A stretch of 64,000 bases of DNA, from contig OZ250161.1 in the NCBI GenBank assembly GCA_965237985.1, forward strand, positions 1,615,012 through 1,679,011, in the 5' to 3' direction. This DNA is from Candidatus Oxydemutatoraceae bacterium (GTDB lineage: Bacteria; Pseudomonadota; Gammaproteobacteria; Poriferisulfidales; Oxydemutatoraceae). Below the pieces are notes generated by a model, which was not told the DNA's origin, made no database searches, and saw only the letters and a program-made list of their open reading frames with translations. The stretch's first letter is position 1; every line of letters starts with the position of its first letter. The translations under genes and the position numbers were made by a program. Below are positions 37,256 to 51,233 of this stretch, piece after piece.

Positions 37256-38271
37256 CACATGGCGTCCCCGAAACTGTAAAAGCGATATAGGTTCGTAATG
37301 GCGTGTTCATAAGCCGCACGCATTTTTTGAAGGCCAGCAAACGCACAAACCAGCACGAAAAGCGTGCTGCGGGGCAAATGAAAATTGGTGATCAGTGCAT
37401 CCACAACTTTGAAAGCATAACCGGGGCGTATGAAGAGGTTGGTTTCACCGCTTTGTGGCAGCAGCTCTCCGGTGGTGTCGCAGGCAGCTTCCAATGTGCG
37501 CAAGGCAGTGCTCCCAACCGCGATGACTTTTCCTCCTCGAGCCCGACACGCGGCTATTTCCGCGCTGGTTTTGGCGTTCAGTATAAAGCGCTCACTGTGC
37601 AAGTGGAGCTGCGTCAGACTCTCGGACCGCAAAGGCTGAAAAGTTCCTGCACCGATGTGTAAAGTGATATTTGCCATGCGGATCTCGCGGTCGGCGAGTT
37701 TGCGGAGCAGCGCTTCGTCAAAGTGCAAACCGGCGGTCGGGGCTGCGACTGAACCGGGGTTCCGCGCATAAACAGTCTGATATCTTTCCCGATCCATACT
37801 GTCCGTGGCGCGTTTGATGTAGGGGGGCAACGGGACTTTTCCAGATTGGTTCAGAAGTGATTCCATGGTTTCATCAGCGGCGGTTTCGATCACGTAGAAT
37901 TGGCTTTTGCTCAGGGACACAACACGCAAATGGGCACCATTATTGAGTGTAAGGATGGTGTTTTCCCGTACCCGATTGCTGGCGGAAAGAGAACAGTTTG
38001 CCTGGCGGTCGTCGAGGATGCGTTCAATGAGAATTTCCACTTTCCCGCCGCTGCTTTTGTGTCCATGTAAACGTGCGGGGATGACTTTGCTGTCATTGAA
38101 CACCAGCAAATCGCCAGACGACAGGAGTTGTGTGACCTGATGGAAGCGAAGGTCGTGGAAAGTGTTGTTGCCTTCGGGAACGTGCAACAGACGGGCAGCG
38201 GTGCGCTGTTCGGCAGGATAGTATGCAATTCGCTTCTCTGGAAGCGTGTAATCGAAATCGCTGGTTTTCAT
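37225..38271 (-). CDS. queA: S-adenosylmethionine:tRNA ribosyltransferase-isomerase
   Basis: 'MKTSDFDYTLPEKRIA' N-terminus and 'GDAMW' C-terminus. I trimmed the ORF to Met 13. Confidence 0.9.
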   Translation of the reverse strand: MKTSDFDYTLPEKRIAYYPAEQRTAARLLHVPEGNNTFHDLRFHQVTQLLSSGDLLVFNDSKVIPARLHGHKSSGGKVEILIERILDDRQANCSLSASNRVRENTILTLNNGAHLRVVSLSKSQFYVIETAADETMESLLNQSGKVPLPPYIKRATDSMDRERYQTVYARNPGSVAAPTAGLHFDEALLRKLADREIRMANITLHIGAGTFQPLRSESLTQLHLHSERFILNAKTSAEIAACRARGGKVIAVGSTALRTLEAACDTTGELLPQSGETNLFIRPGYAFKVVDALITNFHLPRSTLFVLVCAFAGLQKMRAAYEHAITNLYRFYSFGDAMWIEKNHAVSR

Positions 38272-38309
38272 CCCGCGCTGGCAATGCTTCGGCTTAGCAC
38301 AAGACAAAA

Positions 38310-41300
38310 GAATTCATGGTGGAACGCAGCGGTGTCTGAGCGACCGGAAAGTATCGTTTCCCGTGGTCACGGCACAATGGGCTTGCGGTCATGCATATTC
38401 CGGAAGTCAGACCATCCGGTACCGAGTGGTTGCGCAAATCCGGCATCATACTTTTGACTGTCATCAGTTTCTTTTGGACATTGGCATTCATGGTGGAACG
38501 CAGCGGTGTCTGAGCGACCGGGAAATATCGTTTCCTGCGGTCACGGCATAATGGGTTTGCGGTCATGCGTATTCCGGAAGTCAGACCATCCGGTACCGAG
38601 AGGTTGCGCAAATCCGGCATCATACTTTCGGCAGCCATCAGTGTCTTTTGGACATTGGCATTCATGGTGGAACGCAGCGGTGTCTGAGCGTTCGGAAAGT
38701 ATCGTTTCCCGTGGTCACGGCATAATGGGTTTGCGGTCATGCATATTCCGGAAGTCAGGCCATCCAGTACCGAGAGGTTGCGCAAATCCAGCACTACATT
38801 TTCGGTAGTCATCAGTGTCTTTTGGACATTGGCATTCATGGTGGAACGCAGCGGTGTCTGAGCGACCGGAAAATATCGTTTCCCGTGGTCACGGCATAAT
38901 GGGCTTGCGGTCATGCATATTCCGGAAGTCAGACCATCCGGTACCGAGGGGTTGCGCAAATCCAGCACTACTTTTCGACTAGTCATCAGTTTCTTTTGGA
39001 CATTGGCATTCATGGTGGAACGCAGCGGTGTCTGTGAGCGACCGGAAAGTATCGTTTCCCGTGGTCACGGCATAATGGGTTTGCGGTCATGCATATTCCG
39101 GAAGTCAGACCATCCGGTACCGAGAGGTTGCGCAAATCCGGCATCATACTTTTCGACAGTCATCAGTTTCTTTTGGACATTGGCATTCATGGTGGAACGC
39201 AGCGGTGTCTGAGCGTTCGGAAAATATCGTTTCCTGCGGTCACGGCATAATGGGTTTGCGGTCATGCGTATTCCGGAAGTCAGACCATCCGGTACCGAGA
39301 GGGTTGCGCAAATCCAGCACTGCATTTTCGGCAGTCATTAGTGTCTTTTGGACATTGGCATTCATGGTGGAACGCAGCAGTGCCTGAGTGAGCGACCGGA
39401 AAATATCGTTTCCCGTGGTCACGGCATAATGGGCTTGCGGTCATGCGTATTCCGGAAGTCAGACCATCCGGTACCGAGGGGGTTGCGCAAATCCGGCACA
39501 TATTTTCGGCAGTCATCAGTGTCTTTTGGACATTGGCATTCATGGTGGAACGCAGCGGTGCCTGAGCGTTCGGAAAATATCGTTTCCGTGGTCACGGCAT
39601 AATGGGGTCGTGGTCATGCGTATTCCGGAAGTCAGACCATCCGGTACCGAGAGGTTGCGCAAATCCGGCATCATACTTTTGACTGTCATTAGTTTCTTTT
39701 GGACATTGGCATTCATGGTGGAACGCAGCGGTGTCTGAGCGACCGGAAAATATCGTTTCCTGCGGTCACGGCATAATGGGTTTGCGGTCATGCGTATTCC
39801 GGAAGTCAGACCATCCGGTCACCGAGAGGGTTGCGCAAATCCAGCATCATTTTCGGCAGTCATCAGTGTCTTTTGGACATTGGCATTCATGGTGGAACGC
39901 AGCGGTGTCTGAGCGTTCGGAAAATATCGTTTCCTGCGGTCACGGCATAATGGGTTTGCGGTCATGCATATTCCGGAAGTCAGACCATCCGGTACCGAGG
40001 GGGTTGCGCAAATCCGGCACTGCATTTTCGGCAGTCATCAGTGTCTTTTGGACATTGGCATTCATGGTGGAACGCAGCGGTGTCTGAGCGACCGGAAAGT
40101 ATCGTTTCCCGTGGTCACGGCATAATGGGTTGCGGTCATGCGTATTCCGGAAGTCAGACCATCCGGTACCGAGGGGTTGCGCAAATCCGGCACTGTATTT
40201 TCGGCAGTCATCAGTGTCTTTTGGACATTGGCATTCATGGTGGAACGCAGCGGTGTCTGAGCGACCGGAAAGTATCGTTTCCTGTGGTCACGGCATAATG
40301 GGTTTGCGGTCATGCGTATTCCGGAAGTCAGACCATCCGGCACCGAGAGGTTGCGCAAATCCAGCATCATACTTTCGACTGTCATCAGTTTCTTTTGGAC
40401 ATTGGCATTCATGGTGGAACGCAGCGGTGTCTGAGCGACCGGAAAGTATCGTTTCCTGCGGTCACGGCATAATGGGTTTGCGGTCATGCGTATTCCGGAA
40501 GTCAGGTCACCCTTCACAGAGGGGTTGCGCAAATCCGGCACTGTATTTTCGGCAGTCATCAGTGTCTTTTGGACATTGGCATTCATGGTGGAACGCAGCG
40601 GTGCCTGAGTGAGCGACCGGGAAATATCGTTTCCTGCGGTCACGGCATAATGGGCTTGCGGTCATGCTATTCCGGAAGTCAGGCCATCCGGTACCGAGGG
40701 GGTTGCGCAAATCCGGCATCATACTTTCGGCAGTCATCAGTGTCTTTTGGACATTGGCATTCATGGTGGAACGCTTGAGCGACCGGGAAATATCGTTTCC
40801 TTGGCACAATGGGTTTGCGGTCATGCGTATCACAGAGGGGTTGCGCAAATGGCACTATATTTTCAGCAGTGTCTTTTGGACATTGGCATTCATGGTGGAA
40901 CGCAGCGGTGTCTGTGCGACCGGAAAGTATCGTTTCCCGTGGTCACGGCATAATGGGCTTGCGGTCATGCGTATTCCGGAAGTCAGACCATCCGGTCCGA
41001 GAGGTTGCGCAAATCCGGGATTTTCAGGAGGCCAGGGGGTTGCGCAAATCCGGCATCATACTTTTGACTGTCATCAGTTTCTTTTGGACATTGGCATTCA
41101 TGGTGGAACGCAGCGGTGTCTGCGACCGGAAAGTATCGTTTCCTGCGGTCACGGCATAATGGGTTTGCGGTCATGCGTTTCCGGAAGTCAGGCCATCCGG
41201 TACCGAGAGGTTGCGCAAATCCAGCATCATACTTTTGACTGTAAGTTTCTTTTGGGCATTGGCATTCATGGTGGAACGCAGCGGTGCTGATGAGCGTCCG

Positions 41301-42950
41301 GAAAATAGGTCACGGCATAATGGGTTTGCGGTCATGCGTATTCCGGAACCGAGAGGGGGTTGCGCAAATCCAGCACTGTATTTTCGGCACTGTTGAACAT
41401 TGGCATTCATGATGGAACGCAGCGGTGTCTGAGTGATCGGAAAGTATCGTTTCCTGTGGTCACGGCATAATGGGTTTGCGGTCATGCGTATTCCGGGTCA
41501 GACCATTACCGATGATTGCGATACGCAGCATTAGTTTCTTTTGAACATTGGCATTCATGGTGGAACGCAGCGGTGTCTGTGCGACCGGAAAATATCGTTT
41601 CCCGCGGTCACGGCATAATGGGTTTGCGGTCATGCATATTCCGGAAGTCAGGCCATCCGGTACCGAGAGGTTGCGCAAATCCGGCACTATATTTTCGGCA
41701 GCCATTAGTTTCTTTTGGACATTGGCATTCATGGTGGAACGCAGCGGTGTCTGAGCGACCGGAAAGTATCGTTTCCTGCGGTCACGGCATAATGGGTTTG
41801 CGGTCATGCGTATTCCGGAAGTCAGGCCATCCGGTACCGAGAGGTTGCGCAAATCCGGCACTATATTTTCGGCAGCCATCAGTGTCTTTTGAACATTGGC
41901 ATTCATGGTGGAACGCAGCGGTGTCTGTGCGACCGGAAAGTATCGTTTCCTGCGGTCACGGCATAATGGGTTTGCGGTCATGCGTATTCCGGAAGTCAGG
42001 CCATCCCTTCACCGAGGGGTTGCGCAAATCCGGCACATATTTTCGGCAGCCATCAGTGTCTTTTGGACATTGGCATTCATGGTGGAACGCAGCAGTGCCT
42101 GAGTGAGCGTCCGGGAAATATCGTTTCCTGCGGTCACGGCATAATGGGCTTGCGGTCATGCGTATTCCGGAAGTCAGGTCATCCAGTACCGAGAGGTTGC
42201 GCAAATCCGGCATCATACTTTCGGCAGTCATCAGTGTCTTTTGGACATTGGCATTCATGGTGGAACGCAGCGGTGTCTGTGCGACCGGAAAGTATCGTTT
42301 CCTGCGGTCACGGCATAATGGGTTTGCGGTTATGCATATTCCGGAAGTCAGGCCATCCAGTACCGAGAGGTTGCGCAAATCCAGCACTACATTTTCGGTA
42401 GCCATCAGTGTCTTTTGGGCATTGGCATTTATGGTGGAACGCAGCGGTGTCTGAGCGACCGGAAAGTATCGTTTCCCGTGGTCACGGCATAATGGGTTTG
42501 CGGTAATGCGTATTCCGGAAGTCAGGTCACCCAGTACCGAGAGGTTGCGCAAATCCAGCACTACATTTTCGGTAGCCATCAGTTTCTTTTGGACATTGGC
42601 ATTCATGGTGGAACGCAGCGGTGCCTGAGCGACCGGAAAGTATCGTTTCCCGTGGTCACGGCATAATGGGTTTGCGGTCATGCATATTCCGGAAGTCAGG
42701 TCATCCGGTACCGAGGGGTTGCGCAAATCCGGCACTATATTTTCGGCAGTCATCAGTTTCTTTTGAACATTGGCATTCATGGTGGAACGCAGCGGTGTCT
42801 GAGCGTTCGGAAAATATCGTTTCCTGCGGTCACGGCATAATGGGTTTGCGGTAATGCGTATTCCGGAAGTCAGGTCACCCTTCACAGAGGGATTGCGCAA
42901 ATCTGGCACTACATTTTCGGTAGCCATCAGTTTCTTTTGGACATTTTGTT
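38310..42950. repeat. Tandem array of ~176-bp units, about 26 copies, each copying the murJ 5' end (about 90 nt) plus about 85 nt of upstream sequence
   Basis: 'ttttggacattggcattcatggtggaacgcagcggtg' recurs about every 176 bp from 38474 to 42945. The last unit diverges from genuine murJ immediately after 'ttttggacatt'. Plus-strand frames give '...RKSGTTFSVAISVFWTLAFMVERSGV*'. Confidence 0.9.
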
Positions 42951-44467
42951 CCCGAATACTTGGTTATCTGCGTGATATTGCAATTTTTCTGACTTTTGGA
43001 GCAACCGGGCTCACGGATATTTTCCTGGTGGCTTTTCGCCTGCCGAATTTTTTTCGTCGCCTGTTCGCCGAGGGGGCTTTCACTCAAGCTTTCGTTCCTG
43101 TGCTGACCACCATGTTGCACAAGTCTCCAGCTGGAGAAGTCCGAAATTTCATCAGTCGGACTTTTGGCTCCCTCGCGGTCGTGTTGTTTGTGGTAACCGC
43201 GATTGGGATGTTGCTGGCCCCCGTGCTGATTTTTCTGTTTGCTCCAGGTTTGTCCGAGCATGCCGGGCAACTGGAGTTGGCTTCGGAAATGCTCCGCATC
43301 ACCTTCCCCTATCTTATTTTCATTTCTCTGGCGGCTATGGCTACGGGGGTTCTCAACTGTTTCGGGGCTTTCGGCGTACCGGCTTTTACCCCGGTACTGC
43401 TCAATCTGTCGCTGATCGGTGCCGCCTTGTGGCTGGCGCCGCGTATGGAGGAACCGATTACCGCTTTGGCGTGGGGTGTTTTGGCAGGCGGGGCAGCCCA
43501 GCTTCTGGTACAACTGCCGTTTCTTGCCGGTCGACGGATGCTGAGCTGGCCACGCATCGGTTTTTCCAATCCGCAGGTGCGCAAGGTCTTGCAGTTGATG
43601 TCGCCAGCGATACTGGGTTCTTCTGTGGTACAGATCAATTTGCTGATCGATACCTTCATTGCTTCGTGGCTGATCAGCGGCAGCATCAGCTGGCTTTATT
43701 TGTCGGATCGTTTTGTCGAGTTTCCGGTCGGCTTGTTCGGCGTGACTTTGTCCATGATTCTTTTGCCGCGCATGGCCCTCAGCTTTGCCGAGCGGTCGCC
43801 GGCAAGATACAACGCGCTGCTGAACTGGGGAGGGGCGGTGGTTCTTTTGACTGCCCTGCCGAGTCTGGCGGGACTCGTGCTTTTATCCGCCCCGATTTTA
43901 AGCACCCTGGTTCAATACGGGGAGTTCACCGCACACGATGTTCGCATGACCGAATTGAGCCTCATGGCTTACGCCGTCGGGATTCCGGCTTTCATATCGG
44001 TGAAGGTGCTCAATGCTGCGTTTTTCGCGCGCCATGAAATGCGCCTGCCGGTCAAAATCGCAGTGGGGTGCGTGTTGGCAAATCTGGTTTTCAATGTCAG
44101 CTTCGTGCTCCTTTGGCAATACTTCAATGTCGCCGGAGTACACGCCGGTCTGGCGCTGGCAACGAGCCTGTCTTCCTGGTTGAATACAGCCCTGCTGTTC
44201 GGTGCTTTGTCGCGGCGCGACTTGCTGCACATTGATCCGCTGATTAAAAAGCTGTCGTTGCGTGTGGTCATCGCTTCCCTGACAATGATTGCGCTGCTTG
44301 TGGTTTTTTTGCCGGATGCGTCGGCATGGGGACCTTGGTCCGCTGGACAGAGAATGTTGGTTTTGGCCGAACTGGTGCTGGGTGGGGCAAGTGCCTATGT
44401 CGTGGTTTTGTATGTTTCCGGATTTCGCTGGCGAGACGTGAAAGTGTTGGAAAAAGGCAGGCCCTGA
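42854..44467 (+). CDS. murJ: Lipid II flippase MurJ (MviN)
   Basis: 'FGATGLTDIFLVAFRLPNFFRRLFAEGAFTQAFVPVL', about 14 TM helices, 537 aa. The start is ambiguous between ATG 42854 and TTG 42893 because the N-terminus is embedded in the repeat. Confidence 0.85.
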   Translation: MRIPEVRSPFTEGLRKSGTTFSVAISFFWTFCSRILGYLRDIAIFLTFGATGLTDIFLVAFRLPNFFRRLFAEGAFTQAFVPVLTTMLHKSPAGEVRNFISRTFGSLAVVLFVVTAIGMLLAPVLIFLFAPGLSEHAGQLELASEMLRITFPYLIFISLAAMATGVLNCFGAFGVPAFTPVLLNLSLIGAALWLAPRMEEPITALAWGVLAGGAAQLLVQLPFLAGRRMLSWPRIGFSNPQVRKVLQLMSPAILGSSVVQINLLIDTFIASWLISGSISWLYLSDRFVEFPVGLFGVTLSMILLPRMALSFAERSPARYNALLNWGGAVVLLTALPSLAGLVLLSAPILSTLVQYGEFTAHDVRMTELSLMAYAVGIPAFISVKVLNAAFFARHEMRLPVKIAVGCVLANLVFNVSFVLLWQYFNVAGVHAGLALATSLSSWLNTALLFGALSRRDLLHIDPLIKKLSLRVVIASLTMIALLVVFLPDASAWGPWSAGQRMLVLAELVLGGASAYVVVLYVSGFRWRDVKVLEKGRP

Positions 44468-44479
44468 GCAGCGACCAGT

Positions 44480-44701
44480 ATGAGCGTTCACGATGAACAA
44501 AAGCCTGATGTACCGCCTTCGCGGGGAGAATCGCTGGTTTTGCTGGGTACTGGCACGATGTTGGCAGCCATGGTCATCGTTGGCTTCTATCTCGGTTTTC
44601 TTCTTGACAACTGGCTTGATACAAAGCCGTTTTTCATGCTAGGATTCGCGGCACTGGGCTTGGTTGGCAGCCTCATCAAGCTTCATAAGTTGCTGGTTTG
44701 A
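44480..44701 (+). CDS. atpZ: AtpZ/AtpI-family small membrane protein preceding the atp operon
   Basis: 73 aa with two TM helices ('LVLLGTGTMLAAMVIVGFYLGFLLDNWL...FFMLGFAALGLVGSLI'), in the conserved position. Confidence 0.6.
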   Translation: MSVHDEQKPDVPPSRGESLVLLGTGTMLAAMVIVGFYLGFLLDNWLDTKPFFMLGFAALGLVGSLIKLHKLLV

Positions 44702-45087
44702 TTGGGCTCCCCAGGCAGGAAGCGGCGCTTTGGCGCCAGGTTTTTCTGCGTCAGGCGGCGTTTTTCGTCTTGGCGCTTGTCGGTGCCTACGTTGTGGTCG
44801 GTCCGGCCGGTGCAATCGCTGCGGCCTACGGTGGTGGTGCGGCGCTTTTACTGGCGTTGGTGCTGGCATGGCAGGTTCTGCGACTGAACAGCAGGTTGGT
44901 GGCTTCCGCCCCTCTTCCTGCCTGCGTGGCGTTGCTGATAGCGGGCTTTGCGGTGCGGCTGGTGCTGGTGGTTTCGCTCCTTGGCTTTGGTTTGGGTCAC
45001 TTGGAGCTTCAACCCTTGCCCCTGCTTGTTGCTTTTGCCTTGGTGTACCTGGGGTATTTTTTCAAACCCTCCAAACAGTCAGGATAG
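44698..45087 (+). CDS. atpI: ATP synthase protein I
   Basis: 129-aa hydrophobic protein immediately upstream of atpB. ATGA overlap with atpZ. Confidence 0.65.
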   Translation: MIGLPRQEAALWRQVFLRQAAFFVLALVGAYVVVGPAGAIAAAYGGGAALLLALVLAWQVLRLNSRLVASAPLPACVALLIAGFAVRLVLVVSLLGFGLGHLELQPLPLLVAFALVYLGYFFKPSKQSG

Positions 45088-45921
<834 letters not shown>

Positions 45922-45954
45922 TTTCGAAATCTAACTTTATATGGAGTACAAAAA

Positions 45955-46236
45955 ATGACCCCGGATATGGTTGCAAATCTTTATGGTTACACCGCAATTG
46001 GAGTGGGCGTGATCCTGGCCGCTGCCGGCATGGGTTCGGCAATAGGGTGGGGGTTGATATGTGCGAAAGCTCTGGAAGGAATCGCTCGCCAACCTGAATT
46101 ACGTCCGCAGTTGATGACCAACATGTTTATTTTTGCCGGATTGATGGAATCATTCCCTTTTATCATCCTGGCTTTTGCAATGTGGTTCCTGTTTGCCAAC
46201 CCATTCGTCGGGGCGTTGCAGGCGGCACTTTCCTGA
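45955..46236 (+). CDS. atpE: ATP synthase F0 subunit c
   Basis: Two TM hairpins with 'GIARQPEL' loop and conserved carboxylate helix ('FAGLMESFPFIILAFAMWFLFA'). Confidence 0.85.
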   Translation: MTPDMVANLYGYTAIGVGVILAAAGMGSAIGWGLICAKALEGIARQPELRPQLMTNMFIFAGLMESFPFIILAFAMWFLFANPFVGALQAALS

Positions 46237-46266
46237 CGGGTTTCCCTGACCGGGAGATAAGCGGCA

Positions 46267-46737
46267 ATGAACATTACAGCGACGCTGCTTGCACAAATCA
46301 CGGCTTTCCTGATTCTCATCTGGATGGTGAACAAGCTTTTGTCCAAGCCTTTGGGAGATGCCCTGGAAAAACGTCGGAGCCAGATCAGCGATGGCCTGGC
46401 CGCCGGGAAGAAAGGGAAGCAGATGCTGGCCGAAGCTGAGTCGCAAAGCCAGAATGTCGCCCGTGAAGCACACGCGAAAAGCGAACAGATTATCGCCGGT
46501 GCCCACGAACGGGCATCAGTGATTGTTGATGAAGCACGCACAGCCGCCGGTGAAGAAGCCGCGCGCATCAAAGCGGCCGCACGGGAAGAAATGGACCGAC
46601 AGCAGGCAACGGTACGCGAAGAGTTGCGCCTGCAGGTAGTGGAACTGGCGGTGGCTGGAACGGAACAGATACTGCGTCGGGAAGTGCACAAGAAAGACCA
46701 CAAAGACGCGCTGCAAGCGCTGCAGGAGCAAATTTAA
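46267..46737 (+). CDS. atpF: ATP synthase F0 subunit b
   Basis: N-terminal TM 'ITAFLILIWMVNKLL' then long charged coiled coil. 156 aa. Confidence 0.85.
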   Translation: MNITATLLAQITAFLILIWMVNKLLSKPLGDALEKRRSQISDGLAAGKKGKQMLAEAESQSQNVAREAHAKSEQIIAGAHERASVIVDEARTAAGEEAARIKAAAREEMDRQQATVREELRLQVVELAVAGTEQILRREVHKKDHKDALQALQEQI

Positions 46738-47277
46738 TTGGCGATTGAGCCGGGTACCACGGCGCGGCCCTACGCCAAAGCGGCTTACGAATACGCCGCC
46801 GGGCAGAAGGCCGAAGTGGAATGGTCGCGCAACCTGGCGGCGCTCAATGACTTGCTCGCGGAGCCACAGGTGGCGCGTTTGTGCCGGGATGTTCGTTGTC
46901 CGACCTCGGGACTTGCCGAGTTTGTGATTGCTGCTTTGGGCTTGTCGCTGAACGACGCTTTCGCCAACTTTGTACGGGTGTTGGCGGATAACCGGCGCCT
47001 GCAACTGGTGCGACTCATCGTGACTTTGTTTGAAGCACGCTGGGCGCGTGCCACGGGAAAAGTCAGAGTGCAGGTGATCGGTGCTGTCGAATTCAATCAG
47101 AACCAGCGCAGGTCTTTCACCGAGGCGCTGAAAAAGCGAGTCGGGCTGGGGGTGGTCCTGGATTGCACAGTGGATGAAACCTTGTTGGGTGGTGGCGTCG
47201 TGAGAATCGGCGATACCGTCATTGATGGTTCCCTGAAAGCACGCTTGGTCAACCTGCGCTCGGCAATGATTTCCTGA
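46738..47277 (+). CDS. atpH: ATP synthase F1 subunit delta (probable TTG start)
   Basis: 'TARPYAKAAYEYA' N-terminus and 'GGVVRIGDTVIDGSLKARL' C-terminus, matching E. coli delta. Confidence 0.85.
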   Translation: MAIEPGTTARPYAKAAYEYAAGQKAEVEWSRNLAALNDLLAEPQVARLCRDVRCPTSGLAEFVIAALGLSLNDAFANFVRVLADNRRLQLVRLIVTLFEARWARATGKVRVQVIGAVEFNQNQRRSFTEALKKRVGLGVVLDCTVDETLLGGGVVRIGDTVIDGSLKARLVNLRSAMIS

Positions 47278-47337
47278 TGTCTTTAGTCTGGCTGCATCTG
47301 GGTTGGAGCTTTCTTACACACAGGGTGAAAACATAAT

Positions 47338-48879
47338 ATGCAACTGAACGCGACTGAAATCAGCGAGCTGATCAAAGAGAAAATCCAGGATTTTGATGCG
47401 ACCCCGCAGGCGCGTACTGAAGGGGAAATCATCGCGTTGACCGACGGCATTGTGCGTATCCACGGCTTGCAGGACGTGATGTACGGGGAAATGATTGAGT
47501 TCAAAGGCGGCCTGTTTGGCATGGCGCTGAATCTGGAAAGAGACTCGGTTGGAGGAGTCGTGCTCGGTGATTACACCTCTCTTACCGAAGGTGACAAATG
47601 TTTTTGTACCGGGAACATTCTCCGGGTTCCAGTCGGCCCGGAACTGGAAGGGCGAGTCATCAATGCCCTGGGAGTTCCCATAGACGGGAAAGGCAACTTG
47701 GATGCCAAAGAAACCGCGCCGCTGGAAAAAGTCGCCCCCGGCGTCATCACCCGCCGCTCAGTCAACGAGCCGGTACAGACCGGTTTGAAATGTGTGGATT
47801 CCATGGTGCCCATTGGCAGAGGACAAAGAGAATTGATCATTGGTGATCGCCAGGTCGGGAAGACCTCATTGGCGATTGATACGATCATCAACCAGAAAGG
47901 CGGCAACTTGAAATGTATCTATGTGGCGGTGGGGCAAAAACAGTCGTCCGTCGCGACCGTGGTCAGAAAACTGGAAGACCATGGGGCCATGGAGCACACC
48001 ATCGTCGTGGCGGCGAGCGCTTCGGAACCGGCCCCCATGCAGTTCATTGCTCCTTTCGCCGGGTGTACGATGGGCGAGTACTACCGTGACAACGGTCAGG
48101 ATGCCCTGATTATTTACGATGACCTGACCAAGCAGGCGTGGGCCTACCGCCAGATTTCACTGCTTTTGCGTCGCCCGCCGGGTCGGGAAGCATACCCCGG
48201 CGACGTGTTTTATCTGCATTCCCGCCTCTTGGAACGCGCGGCCCGGGTCAACGAGAAATACGTGGAAAAATATACCAAAGGTCGCGTCAAGGGACGGACC
48301 GGTTCTCTGACCGCATTGCCGATTATTGAAACGCAGGCCGGCGACGTTTCGGCCTTTGTTCCCACCAACGTCATTTCCATCACCGACGGACAAATCTTCC
48401 TCGAAACCAATCTGTTCAATTCAGGATTGCGGCCGGCGCTTGACGCCGGACTGTCGGTGTCGCGGGTAGGAGGAGCGGCGCAAAGGGAAATCATTAAAAA
48501 GCTGGGCGGCGGCGTTCGTCTGGCGCTTGCTCAGTATCGCGAACTGGCTGCTTTTTCACAGTTCGCTTCGGATCTCGATGAACAGACCCGCAAGCACCTG
48601 GAGCGCGGGGAACGCATCATGGAATTGATGAAACAGAAACAGTACGCGCCGCTCAGCGTTGCGGAAATTGCGATTTCCCTGTTTGCGGTGGATGCCGGTT
48701 ACCTCGATGATCTGGCCGTAGAGAAAGTGACATCCTTTGAGTCCGAGTTGCACGCCTTCATGAAAAAGGGCTACGCGGAACTGCTGGCAGATATTAACGA
48801 GCGCGGTGAATACGACGATGAGATCAAATTGCAGTTCAGCAAGGCTCTTGACCAGTTCAAGTCACAAAGGTCTTGGTGA
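47338..48879 (+). CDS. atpA: ATP synthase F1 subunit alpha
   Basis: Walker A '[15 protein letters not shown]', 513 aa. Confidence 0.95.
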   Translation: MQLNATEISELIKEKIQDFDATPQARTEGEIIALTDGIVRIHGLQDVMYGEMIEFKGGLFGMALNLERDSVGGVVLGDYTSLTEGDKCFCTGNILRVPVGPELEGRVINALGVPIDGKGNLDAKETAPLEKVAPGVITRRSVNEPVQTGLKCVDSMVPIGRGQRELIIGDRQVGKTSLAIDTIINQKGGNLKCIYVAVGQKQSSVATVVRKLEDHGAMEHTIVVAASASEPAPMQFIAPFAGCTMGEYYRDNGQDALIIYDDLTKQAWAYRQISLLLRRPPGREAYPGDVFYLHSRLLERAARVNEKYVEKYTKGRVKGRTGSLTALPIIETQAGDVSAFVPTNVISITDGQIFLETNLFNSGLRPALDAGLSVSRVGGAAQREIIKKLGGGVRLALAQYRELAAFSQFASDLDEQTRKHLERGERIMELMKQKQYAPLSVAEIAISLFAVDAGYLDDLAVEKVTSFESELHAFMKKGYAELLADINERGEYDDEIKLQFSKALDQFKSQRSW

Positions 48880-48914
48880 ATGAGGCTGGCCGCAAGCAAT
48901 AGGGAAAGCCGCTG

Positions 48915-49784
48915 ATGGCGAACGAAAAAGAAATCCGTTTGAAAATCGCCAGTGTTCAGAACACGCGCAAAATCACCAAAGCCATGGAGATGGTGGCGGC
49001 GAGTAAAATGCGCCGCGCACAAGACCTGATGTACGCCGGCCGCCCTTATGTAGAAAAATTAAGCGAAGTGGCGCAGCACCTGGCGACTTCTTCGCTGAAG
49101 CATCGGCATCCCTGGTTGATCGAGAGGGACAGGACCCAAAACGTGGGTCTCATCATTGTTTCCACTGACCGCGGCTTGTGCGGAGGACTGAATACCAATG
49201 TGTTCAAGCTCGCCGGCAAAGAAATTGCCAAGTGGTCCAGACAGAAGGTCGATGTCAGGCTTTGTGTGTTTGGCAAAAAGGGCGCCGGTTTTTTCAGACG
49301 ACTTTTTACGCTGGCGGCGACTGCCCGGCATTTGGGTGACCGGCCCGCCATGGAAGACATGATCGGTGCCATTCAGGTCATGCTCGACGCCTTCAACGGC
49401 AACGAAATAGACCGCCTGTTCATTGTCGAGAACCGCTTCGTGAATACCATGACGCAGATCCCCAGAGTCAGACCGTTGTTGCCGATTCCACAGCCACTGA
49501 ACGAGCAGGCAGCGGAATCCGGCAGAAGCTGGGATTACATTTACGAGCCAGACAATATGGGGTTGCCCGACACCGTTTTGAGGCGTTATGTGGAAGCCCT
49601 GATCTACCAGGCTGTTGTCGAGAACGTGGCATGTGAAATGGCAGCCAGGATGGTCGCCATGAAAAGCGCTTCGGACAACGCCAGCGACATGGTGGATGAA
49701 TTGCGCCTTGCGTATAACAAAGCGCGTCAGACATCCATCACTCAAGAAATTTCGGAGATCGTTGGCGGTGCCGCGGCGGTTTGA
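48915..49784 (+). CDS. atpG: ATP synthase F1 subunit gamma
   Basis: '[36 protein letters not shown]' N-terminus and '[14 protein letters not shown]' C-terminus. Confidence 0.95.
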   Translation: MANEKEIRLKIASVQNTRKITKAMEMVAASKMRRAQDLMYAGRPYVEKLSEVAQHLATSSLKHRHPWLIERDRTQNVGLIIVSTDRGLCGGLNTNVFKLAGKEIAKWSRQKVDVRLCVFGKKGAGFFRRLFTLAATARHLGDRPAMEDMIGAIQVMLDAFNGNEIDRLFIVENRFVNTMTQIPRVRPLLPIPQPLNEQAAESGRSWDYIYEPDNMGLPDTVLRRYVEALIYQAVVENVACEMAARMVAMKSASDNASDMVDELRLAYNKARQTSITQEISEIVGGAAAV

Positions 49785-49814
49785 ACGCAGCGGGCAACCG
49801 CGAAGCCACTTTAG

Positions 49815-51218
<1,404 letters not shown>

Positions 51219-51233
51219 ACACGAGACAAGACC

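Noticed and set aside
38294-42927. Long minus-strand ORFs (38294..39013 at 239 aa, 41956..42927 at 323 aa) with the repeated 'MNANVQKTLMTAEN...LTSGIRMTANPLCRDRRKRYFPVAQTPLRST'
   Set aside because: They are artefacts of the 176-bp murJ-start array read antisense. Unit length is not a multiple of 3, so they are chance in-frame stretches.
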